32,000 nt of DNA from Megasphaera elsdenii DSM 20460 (GCF_003010495.1 NZ_CP027570.1:600001-632000); one strand, 5' to 3'. Positions 16,751 to 23,945 are shown, counted from the first letter of the stretch. Numbers and translations are program-made. The notes: generated from the sequence alone by a model not told the origin.

Positions 16751-17638
16751 ATGATTATTGATGATGCTGGCGGCCTTGTCTTCCGCCCGCCTAGTGAAGC
16801 CCGCAGCTTCATTCTGCGCGTTACTATCGGCTGTTCTCACAATACTTGCCGTTTCTGCGATATGTACAAAGCTTCTAAGTTCCGCATCCGTCCCATGGAG
16901 GAAATCGAAGGGATCATCGAGCGCGGCGCTTATGCCATGCCCTTTATCCGCCGTATCTTTCTGGCCGATGGCGACGCCCTGGTCCTGCCAACGGACAAGC
17001 TCATCGCTATCATGAAGAAGTGCTACGAAAAATTCCCCAACCTGAACCGCATCGGCGCCTATGCGACGCCGGCCGACCTGGTCCGCAAGACCCCGGAAGA
17101 ATTGAAACGTCTTCGCGAAGCCGGTCTGGCCATCGTCTACATGGGCATCGAAAGCGGCGACGATGACGTCCTGAAACTCGTCGATAAGGGGACGACAGCG
17201 GCCCTCACCATCGAAGCCGGGAAAAAAGCCCTGGCTGCCGGCATGAAACTGTCGACGATGATCCTCCTCGGCCTGGGCGGTCAGGAACGGACGAAAGAAC
17301 ACGCCCTGCATACGGCCCAAGTCGTATCGGCCATCAATCCGACCATGCTCAGCGCCTTGTCGCTCATCATTCCTCACGAAGTCCCGCTCTATCAGGATGT
17401 CGTCGAAGGGACGTTCACGCCCTTGACGGCACGGGGTTTCCTCAAGGAACTGGACATGATCCTGCGCCATACGGAAATGACCAAGCCCTGTATCTTCCGC
17501 AGCAACCACGTTTCCAATCTCCTGCCTGTCGGCGGCACCCTGCCGATGGACAAGGAAAAGATGCTGGCCGCCTTGGAACGCTACATCCCGCAAGTCGATG
17601 ACACGCTGCCACTACTCAACGATAACGGCAATTTCTGA
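16751..17638 (+). CDS. Radical SAM domain protein (about 295 aa, stand-alone)
   Basis: Track ORF 16601..17638. Start at ATG 16751 after GAAAGGTG. Cluster motif read directly from the DNA: GCSHNTCRFCDMY (Cx4Cx2C). Followed by FLADGDAL and YMGIESGDD (Elp3/MiaB-like TIM-barrel signatures). Confidence 0.75.
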   Translation: MIIDDAGGLVFRPPSEARSFILRVTIGCSHNTCRFCDMYKASKFRIRPMEEIEGIIERGAYAMPFIRRIFLADGDALVLPTDKLIAIMKKCYEKFPNLNRIGAYATPADLVRKTPEELKRLREAGLAIVYMGIESGDDDVLKLVDKGTTAALTIEAGKKALAAGMKLSTMILLGLGGQERTKEHALHTAQVVSAINPTMLSALSLIIPHEVPLYQDVVEGTFTPLTARGFLKELDMILRHTEMTKPCIFRSNHVSNLLPVGGTLPMDKEKMLAALERYIPQVDDTLPLLNDNGNF

Positions 17639-17661
17639 TTTTTTGCTGGAGGTGTTGCCTC

Positions 17662-18288
17662 ATGAAAAAACTCTGTCTCCTGCTCCTTCTCTGTTTCCTG
17701 TCGGTCACGACGGCCCTGGCTGACAGCCCGCGCTTCGATAACATGCGGACCGTCGTCATCGCCGATACGACCCAGGACAGCTATGCGGCCCGTTTCATGA
17801 AAAGCCGGCTGAAACAGCCCTTCCGCATCCCCTACTGGGACCGCATCGAAACGGATACCGCCCTGTCGCCGTCCGACGTCAATATCGATACGCTGCGCAC
17901 CCTGGCGGCTCAGTATAAAGCCGACGTCGTCCTGGTCCCGGTCGTCCAGACCTGGTACTGGCGGCAGCACATGGCCGGATTCTGGCGCTATGATGACGAC
18001 GAAATCATCACGGAATGTCTCTATCACCTGACGGTATATGCCTACGATAAGCGGAGCGATACTTTCAGGAGCTATAGCGACAAAGGCCGTGAAGTCGAAT
18101 CGGCATCGATTCTGAACGACCCCAACGAAATCCTGACGGAATCGATGGACCGCATTATGAAGAAGCTGCCCTATAAGCGCATCCCGACGGACATCGAAGA
18201 CATCGCTGCCGGTGGCACGACATTGCAGACCCGGACCACCGAAGGCGGAGCAAAAATCCTGACCAACACCTTCCCGCAGGCCATTTGA
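17662..18288 (+). CDS. Secreted hypothetical protein (Sec signal peptide)
   Basis: 208 aa. MKKLCLLLLLCFLSVTTALA|DS signal peptide. GGAGGTG SD. Only 23 nt after the radical-SAM stop, so probably co-transcribed. I recognise no family. Confidence 0.6.
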   Translation: MKKLCLLLLLCFLSVTTALADSPRFDNMRTVVIADTTQDSYAARFMKSRLKQPFRIPYWDRIETDTALSPSDVNIDTLRTLAAQYKADVVLVPVVQTWYWRQHMAGFWRYDDDEIITECLYHLTVYAYDKRSDTFRSYSDKGREVESASILNDPNEILTESMDRIMKKLPYKRIPTDIEDIAAGGTTLQTRTTEGGAKILTNTFPQAI

Positions 18289-18316
18289 GGTTAGGGATTA
18301 GTGGCTCGTGGCTCGT
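18289..18316 (+). repeat. Four phased heptads between stop codon and terminator
   Basis: GGTTAGG GATTAGT GGCTCGT GGCTCGT. Shares the TAGTGG(C/T) and GGTTAG words with the 14501-14535 array. Confidence 0.55.
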
Positions 18317-18356
18317 AAAAAAAGAGGCTGTCGCACGTGCGACAGCCTCTTTTTTT
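18317..18356. terminator. Bidirectional terminator shared by convergent genes
   Basis: A7 run, GAGGCTGTCGCAC/GTGCGACAGCCTC (perfect 13-bp palindrome), T7 run. The T-run overlaps the GGDEF gene stop. Confidence 0.9.
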
Positions 18357-19572
18357 ACGAACTTTTATTGATCCATGTTGCCATTTCGTGCAGGCCGGCT
18401 TCGGCTTTTTCCATATCGAAGGGCTCACCAAAGACGCGGTTCCGCCCGGCAGCTTTGGCTTTATAGAGCAATTGGTCGGCCCGGGCGAACATCGTCCGCA
18501 AAGAAACAGCTCCTTCACAGTATCCCCAGGTATAACCGCCGCTGACGGTGGGATGGCGCTGCACGGCCTCGAAGGGCTGCTTACACAGCTGATTCTGGAA
18601 GATTTCGACATAATGCTGGAAGCCGTCATGGGGCATAAAGGAGATAATGAGAAATTCGTCGCCGCCATAGCGGTAGACGCCGGTATAGCCAAAGTGCTTT
18701 TGAAAGAGCCGGCTGACAACGGATAAAATCTCATCGCCCCGGATATGACCATAGGTATCATTGTAGAATTTGAATTGGTCGATATCACAGATCATGACGC
18801 AAAGGGCCTTGCCAAAATACTGTTCAAAATCTTCCCGCAGTGCTTCGCGGTTCAGAAGGCCCGTGAGCTCGTCGGTCCGGCTACGCTGATAGAACTCTTC
18901 ATTGCGGGACCGGAGAGTCATGCGGACCTGAGCAAAAGATAAAGCCAGATGACGCCTGGAAAAGATGATGACCAGACAGACCAGGTAAAATAAGACGATA
19001 TCATATTGATCCTGCCAGGGCACTTCATGCCCCGTCACATCGATGACAGCGAACGTCGTGACCAGATTGACGGCGATGATGGGAATCAAGACCTTGATAT
19101 TATCATAAATAGGCAGTAAATAGACCAGGATGAGTATGAGCAGGTATTCAAAGAAGAAACTGCTCCCGTTCTGGGTCGTAAAAAAGGAAAGACACGCCAG
19201 CGACGAATCGATGAGCAAAAAAACGTAGACCAAGTCATCTAACAGTTCCTCATCTTTTACGACTTCCCGAAGACATTGATAGAAACAGGCCAAAAAGACG
19301 AGATTGATGCCAAAAATCACCAAATAGACAGTCGTCGAATTAATAGTCGTCAAAACGGCGCCTACTGCCCTTGGCGCATAGGTTCCAACAAAACCGGTCA
19401 TGGAAATGATACACAATAAACAGGCAACAAAGCTGCAAGCATAGAGATTATCCCGGATTTTCCGTTTTTTAAATTCCGGGTCCGATAAAATAGCCTGGAT
19501 ATCTTGAAAATCCCCTAGCGTCCTTTGGAACAGCTGCTGGATATATTTTTGTAAATATATGATAAATTTCAT
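18355..19572 (-). CDS. Membrane-anchored diguanylate cyclase (GGDEF domain)
   Basis: 405 aa. The N-terminal half has about 6 TM helices. The C-terminal part reads RTDELTGLLNR...ICDIDQFKFYNDTYGHIRGD...YRYGGDEFLII with an intact GGDEF motif. No RxxD I-site lies 5 residues upstream of it. Confidence 0.9.
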   Translation of the reverse strand: MKFIIYLQKYIQQLFQRTLGDFQDIQAILSDPEFKKRKIRDNLYACSFVACLLCIISMTGFVGTYAPRAVGAVLTTINSTTVYLVIFGINLVFLACFYQCLREVVKDEELLDDLVYVFLLIDSSLACLSFFTTQNGSSFFFEYLLILILVYLLPIYDNIKVLIPIIAVNLVTTFAVIDVTGHEVPWQDQYDIVLFYLVCLVIIFSRRHLALSFAQVRMTLRSRNEEFYQRSRTDELTGLLNREALREDFEQYFGKALCVMICDIDQFKFYNDTYGHIRGDEILSVVSRLFQKHFGYTGVYRYGGDEFLIISFMPHDGFQHYVEIFQNQLCKQPFEAVQRHPTVSGGYTWGYCEGAVSLRTMFARADQLLYKAKAAGRNRVFGEPFDMEKAEAGLHEMATWINKSS

Positions 19573-19644
19573 GCAAAAGCCCCCAATTGTATATACTTAT
19601 CGTATCAAAACAAATGGGGGCTTGCAAGGGCTCATGTAATGAAC

Positions 19645-20649
19645 TTAATGATTTCCTGGTACCGCTTCGATAAGGGGCTTCGCTTCAGCAGCCCGTTCCT
19701 TGGCTTCATGGGCTTCCATGTGACGGGCAAAGATACCCGCCAGGATAGAGCCGGTTACCTGATGGATAGCGGCACCGACAGCGGCAGGAATGGCGACGGC
19801 AGGCGCAAAGAAGACCGAAACCAGCGAAATGGCCAGGGCGTCGTTCTGCATGCCGACTTCCAGTGTAACCGAATGTTGCTGCTTTTTCCCTAAGCCCAAT
19901 TTCCCCGTAACAAAATAACCGATGAGGAAACCACCGAGATTGTGCAGGAGGACCATGAGAATGATAAAGATGCCCATGTCCAGGATCTTAGCCCCATTGA
20001 TGGCAATAACGCCGCCGACGATGACCAGGACACCAAAAGCGGATACGAGGACCAGTACCTTCGACAGGGAGGCAATATGCTTTTCCCCCATCAGGCGGTG
20101 CGTCAACAAGCCGAGGACCAGGGGAACCAGGATGACTTTCATGACCGTCATGGCCATAGCCATAAAGGAAACTTCGACCCACTGGCCGGCCAGGCCCCAG
20201 ACGATGAAAGGCATCATAATGGGCGCCAACAACGTCGAACAAGTCGTAATGGAAACGGACAAGGGGACATCCGCCTTGGCCAGGAACCCCATGACGTTCG
20301 ACGCCGTCCCACTGGGACAAGAACCGAGGAGGATCATGCCGACGGCGATTTCCGGCGGCATTTCAAAAGCCAGGACCAGGGCATACGCCAGCAGCGGCAT
20401 AATCGTATAATGAGCCGTACAGCCGATGAGGACTTCCTTCGGCCGCTGGACGATCAACTTGAAATCCCGGGCGTGGAGCGTCATGCCCATACCGAACATG
20501 ATGACGCCTAGCAACAAGACCGTATGCGGAACGGCCCAGAGAAAGGCATTGGGCATGAAATACGCCCAGATGACGACGAGAAAGACGATATACGTCAAAT
20601 TTTTCCCAACAAAACCGCTTAACTTTCCAATGAAATCCATCATAGTCAT
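19645..20649 (-). CDS. Bile acid:Na+ symporter (BASS/SBF) family transporter, paralogue 1
   Basis: Track ORF 19645..20685. Start at ATG 20649-20647 (MTMMDFIGKL...) after GAAAGGA. Family signatures GMGMTL, LLGSCPSGTASNV and EVGMQN are present. Confidence 0.85.
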   Translation of the reverse strand: MTMMDFIGKLSGFVGKNLTYIVFLVVIWAYFMPNAFLWAVPHTVLLLGVIMFGMGMTLHARDFKLIVQRPKEVLIGCTAHYTIMPLLAYALVLAFEMPPEIAVGMILLGSCPSGTASNVMGFLAKADVPLSVSITTCSTLLAPIMMPFIVWGLAGQWVEVSFMAMAMTVMKVILVPLVLGLLTHRLMGEKHIASLSKVLVLVSAFGVLVIVGGVIAINGAKILDMGIFIILMVLLHNLGGFLIGYFVTGKLGLGKKQQHSVTLEVGMQNDALAISLVSVFFAPAVAIPAAVGAAIHQVTGSILAGIFARHMEAHEAKERAAEAKPLIEAVPGNH

Positions 20650-20709
20650 GCACATCCTTTCCAAAATAAGACCTGATAAATACAAATACGCAAACGGTTT
20701 TGATGGAGC

Positions 20710-20989
20710 AAAAAAAAACTTTGCCTCTAAAAAGAGACAAAGTATTCACTCTGCGGTACCACTCTCATTGTCGTAACGACCACTTTTCCAGCATCTCCGG
20801 GACAGCCCATGTAATGCCTGGCAAGGTAACGGTTGCCTGCCGGCTGCGTCTACTAACAAAATGCGTTCGGGCAGCAGCTCCTGGACGACTTCACGCCGGG
20901 ATCCCATCCTGCCTCTCAGCCACCAGCAGGTCTCTGTCATAGTTTCCCAAACCTTACTACTTCCATTCAACACTGTTTTGTATTTGTTG
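20710..20989 (-). promoter_or_regulatory. T-box leader (probable Val specifier GUC) upstream of BASS paralogue 1
   Basis: Minus-strand elements: AGUAGUA specifier-loop 5' side; AGAGA bulge plus distal loop CCUGC-UGGUGGCUGAGAG-GCAGG; GAA-GUC-G at comp(20887-20889); T-box sequence AAUGAGAGUGGUACCGCAG (20769-20751); terminator CUUUGUCUC-uuuuu-AGAGGCAAAG followed by U9 (20742-20710). Confidence 0.8.
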
Positions 20990-20995
20990 GTGCTT

Positions 20996-21024
20996 ATTAT
21001 ATCGCGTCACCTCTGAATTGTCAA
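20996..21024 (-). promoter_or_regulatory. Promoter of the BASS T-box leader
   Basis: Minus strand reads TTGACA (21024-21019), 17-nt spacer, TATAAT (21001-20996). Confidence 0.7.
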
Positions 21025-21083
21025 TAAGATTTTAGGTTCGTTATACGTTACACCGATTAAGTTAAAGGTTTAATCTTAAAATT

Positions 21084-21656
21084 TTACAATATTTCATGGA
21101 CTCGTTTTTGTAATTCCGGCACGACGTCGGCCTCGAACCAGGGATTCCTGGCCTGCCAGCGGAAGTTGAGCGGACTGGGATGGACGATGGGAAAATAGTC
21201 CGGCAGATAGGCCTGATAATTCCGCACGGTTTCCGTCAAATTGCGCTCTTTCCGGCCTTTTAGATAATAGTCGATGGCGTACTTGCCGACGAGGATAGTA
21301 AGTTTCAGGTCCGGCATGAGCTGCAGAATTTCACGATGGTATTCCTGGGCGATGAACCGTCTCGGCGGTTTGTCGCCCGTTTTGGCTTTGCCGGGATAGT
21401 AGAAATCCATGGGCATGATGGAGATGGCCGGCGAATAGAAAATCTGACTGTCGATGCCCATCCAGGTCATCAGCTTTTCGCCGGATTTATCATGGAAAGG
21501 AATACCCGATTCTTCGACCTTTTTGCCCGGAGCCTGGCCGATAATCAGGATTTTCGCTTCCTCGTGAATCTGAAAAATCGGACCGATACCGCGGGCCGTA
21601 TACGCCGCGTTCCGTTCGTCCGTTTTTAATTGATCAATGATCTCCTGCAAATGCAT
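21084..21656 (-). CDS. Uracil-DNA glycosylase family protein
   Basis: Track ORF 21084..21713. Start at ATG 21656-21654 (MHLQEIIDQL...) 6 nt after AGGAGG. Motif A ILIIGQAPGKKVEESGIPFHDKSGEKL and motif B VHPSPLNFRW. Confidence 0.8.
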   Translation of the reverse strand: MHLQEIIDQLKTDERNAAYTARGIGPIFQIHEEAKILIIGQAPGKKVEESGIPFHDKSGEKLMTWMGIDSQIFYSPAISIMPMDFYYPGKAKTGDKPPRRFIAQEYHREILQLMPDLKLTILVGKYAIDYYLKGRKERNLTETVRNYQAYLPDYFPIVHPSPLNFRWQARNPWFEADVVPELQKRVHEIL

Positions 21657-21690
21657 AAAACGCCTCCTAAAGGGTAAAAAGCTTACCATA

Positions 21691-21966
21691 ATACACGAAT
21701 AGGCTGTGGTCAATCATCACAACGGGCCGTCCTGGCCGGGACGGCCCCTACGCAGGCGGCATATAGCCGCATTATTTTTCATCGCCTATATGCGATGCCA
21801 TAGGGGACGCCCAAAGGGCGTCCCGCTTGATACACGGATAGGCTGTGGTGGAATATCACAGCGGGCCGCCCTGGCCGGGACGGCCCCTACGCAGGCGGCA
21901 TATAGCCGCATTATTTTTCATCGCCTGTATGCGATTTCGTAGGGGACGCCCAAAGGGCGTCCCGCG
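21691..21966. repeat. Tandem 2 x 139-bp direct repeat made of nested hairpins (REP/BIME-like)
   Basis: Unit 1 spans 21691-21829 and unit 2 spans 21830-21966, roughly 90 percent identical by eye. Each unit contains CTGTGGT/ATCACAG, GGGCCG(T/C)CC-tggcc-GGGACGGCCC, GCGGC-atata-GCCGC, ATCGC-ctrtat-GCGAT and GGGACGCCC-aaa-GGGCGTCCC. Confidence 0.85.
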
Positions 21967-22027
21967 TGCAATCCTGTAAATGGCCAAAGCATGTATGATG
22001 AGGGGGCACATAATCGCAATACCCTCA

Positions 22028-22705
22028 TCATACGATTAAATGATAGTATATGATAGGTATGAACAGGGCCGGCAGGAAGTCGGCTACTTTCAATTTCGTC
22101 AGCTGGAACATGTTGAGAGCGATGCCCAGAATCATGACGCTGCCGACGGCATTGAGTTCACGGACGACATCCGGTGTCATGAGGGGCATGACGAAGGTCG
22201 CCAAGAGGTAGAAAAATCCCTGATAGAGGAAGAGGACGATGCCGACGGGGACGACGCCTAAGCCATAAAGAGTCCCGAAAATAAAGGACGATGTAAAATC
22301 GAGGGCGCTCTTGAAATACAAAAGGTCGTTACTTCCCAGCGCTGCCTGGACTGGACCGATAATGGCCATGGCGCCGATGACCTGCATGATGGATAAGGTG
22401 ACGAAGCCCCGGACGAAGCGCGAGTCATCTCCGCGGCCCATTCGTTTCTTGAGAAATTCGCCGAAGCGGTTCATGCCATCTTCGATGCCGATGAGCGTCC
22501 CGACGAGGGTCCCGATGACCATGCTGGCCAGGACCAGGAGCAGGTTCTGACTCTGGACGGCCCCTTGTATCCCCATGATGGCCACACACAGCGAAATGAC
22601 GCCAAAAATAGCTTTGGTAAAGCGCTCCGGTATGCCGCGCTTCAAAAAAAATCCCAGTAACGCTCCCAAAGAAGACGTCACGGCATTGACGATGACAGCA
22701 AACAT
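22028..22705 (-). CDS. DUF554 family membrane protein (YdfK/YqgA-like)
   Basis: Track ORF 22028..22891, but its upstream part crosses a terminator. Start at ATG 22705-22703 (MFAVIVNAVTSSLGALLGFFLKRGIPERF...) after AGGAGGA. Confidence 0.8.
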   Translation of the reverse strand: MFAVIVNAVTSSLGALLGFFLKRGIPERFTKAIFGVISLCVAIMGIQGAVQSQNLLLVLASMVIGTLVGTLIGIEDGMNRFGEFLKKRMGRGDDSRFVRGFVTLSIMQVIGAMAIIGPVQAALGSNDLLYFKSALDFTSSFIFGTLYGLGVVPVGIVLFLYQGFFYLLATFVMPLMTPDVVRELNAVGSVMILGIALNMFQLTKLKVADFLPALFIPIIYYHLIV

Positions 22706-22748
22706 GTAAATTTCCTCCTGACAAGTGAATTTATATTTATTATAGCAG

Positions 22749-22785
22749 AAAAAAGGGCTTGCCGCATGTGCGACAAGCCCTTTTT
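22749..22785. terminator. Intrinsic terminator after BASS paralogue 2
   Basis: A6 run, GGGCTTGCCGC-atgt-GCGACAAGCCC (one mismatch), T5 run. On the minus strand it is followed by TTTTTT. Confidence 0.8.
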
Positions 22786-22819
22786 GAGTTTGAAGTTTGA
22801 AGTTGAAAGTTTGATGTGG
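22786..22819 (+). repeat. C-free phased heptads of GTTTGAW type
   Basis: GAGTTTG AAGTTTG AAGTTGA AAGTTTG ATGTGGA. There is no C for about 35 nt. It lies between the BASS-2 stop (22830) and its terminator. Confidence 0.6.
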
Positions 22820-22829
22820 ATAATCGAAT

Positions 22830-23837
22830 TTAATGGGCTGCTGTGGGTGATACGGCAGCGGCTTTCTGGTCGGCTTCGTAGTTAGAATCAAAGCGTTTGT
22901 TCAGATAGTTGACGTAAAGATAAGCCAGGACGGCGCCGGAAATGTTATGCCATGCACTGAAGACAGCCCCGGGGACACCAGCCATGGGCAGCGAGGCAAA
23001 GTGAGCTTTTGCCAGGCCCGTAGCCAAACCGGAGTTCTGCATGCCGACTTCGATGGACAAGGCGACCATTTTCTTCCAGCTCATGCCGCAGAGATGGCCG
23101 ATGAAGAATCCCAGGGCATAGCCCAGGCAGTTGTGCAGGATGACGACCAGCAGGATGATACCCGAACTGTTGAGGATAGCATCGCGGCTGGCGCCGATGA
23201 TGCCGGCAATGAGGAAGGAAATAGCCAGAGACGAAACGGCCGGCAAGTAGTCCGTCGCCGTATCAGCCAGCTTCGGCAGGAAGCTCTTGACGACGAGGCC
23301 CAGGGCAATGGGGACAATGACGATCTGCAAGATAGATAAGAACATGCCCACAGGGTCAAAAGAAATACGCTGACCGATGATAAGGTACGTCAAGAGCGGC
23401 GTCATGATCGGCGAAATGAGCGTCGACACACTGGTCATCGTAACCGACAGGGGGACATCTCCTTTACTCATGAAGGTGATGACATTGGACGACGTACCGC
23501 CCGGGCAGGTGCCGACGAGGACGACGCCGACGGTCAGCGCCGGGTCGAGATGGAACAGCGTCGAAAGGACGTACGCCAGGAAAGGCATAACGAGATACTG
23601 GGCACAGGCGCCAAAAAAGACATCTTTCGGCCGCTTGAGGACCAAGGCGAAATCGTGGACGCTCATGGTCATGCCCATACCGAACATGATGATGCCGAGA
23701 AGGACAGAGAGGACGGAAACACCGCCGACTTTTCCGAGGACCCAGGAAAAGCTCGTCGGCAGGGTCATGCCGATGATGAGGAAGATGACGGCGAGGACGC
23801 CGAAATATTTGCCGATGAGGGCACAGACTTTTTTCAT
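22830..23837 (-). CDS. Bile acid:Na+ symporter (BASS/SBF) family transporter, paralogue 2
   Basis: Track ORF 22830..23954. Start at ATG 23837-23835 (MKKVCALIGKYFG...) 7 nt after AAAGAGGT. GMGMTM, LVGTCPGGTSSNV and EVGMQN motifs. Clearly paralogous to 19645..20649. Confidence 0.85.
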   Translation of the reverse strand: MKKVCALIGKYFGVLAVIFLIIGMTLPTSFSWVLGKVGGVSVLSVLLGIIMFGMGMTMSVHDFALVLKRPKDVFFGACAQYLVMPFLAYVLSTLFHLDPALTVGVVLVGTCPGGTSSNVITFMSKGDVPLSVTMTSVSTLISPIMTPLLTYLIIGQRISFDPVGMFLSILQIVIVPIALGLVVKSFLPKLADTATDYLPAVSSLAISFLIAGIIGASRDAILNSSGIILLVVILHNCLGYALGFFIGHLCGMSWKKMVALSIEVGMQNSGLATGLAKAHFASLPMAGVPGAVFSAWHNISGAVLAYLYVNYLNKRFDSNYEADQKAAAVSPTAAH

Positions 23838-23875
23838 AATGAATACCTCTTTTAACACAGTATGTTTATAAATGC

Positions 23876-23945
23876 AGAAAAAGAAACCTCCTGCCCCAGA
23901 AGGGAATTCTCCGAAGTTCCGAAGAAGCCCTGCCGGGGCAAGAGG
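23876..23945 (-). terminator. Large-loop hairpin plus U-tract between ilvD and BASS-2 (possibly a leaky terminator)
   Basis: Minus strand reads CCUCUUGCCCC (23945-23935), a 37-nt loop, GGGGCAGGAGG (23897-23887), then UUUCUUUUUCU. The stem is 11 bp including one G-U pair. Confidence 0.45.

Noticed and set aside
18289-18302. Telomere-like TTAGGG(A)TTAG string.
   Set aside because: There are only two units, and they are part of the period-7 array. It is a coincidental resemblance in a bacterial intergenic region.
21691-21966. Possible CRISPR array or attC-type recombination sites.
   Set aside because: There are only two copies, they are directly abutting (139-bp period with no unique spacers), and no cas or integrase genes are present. 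The internal structure fits REP/BIME-like hairpins better.
22706-22891. N-terminal extension of the DUF554 ORF, and likewise 23838..23954 for BASS-2 and 20650..20685 for BASS-1.
   Set aside because: The DUF554 extension crosses an intrinsic terminator and repeat array. The BASS-2 extension crosses the hairpin between ilvD and BASS-2. The BASS-1 extension simply lacks any SD. In every case an internal ATG preceded by a good SD gives the canonical family N-terminus.
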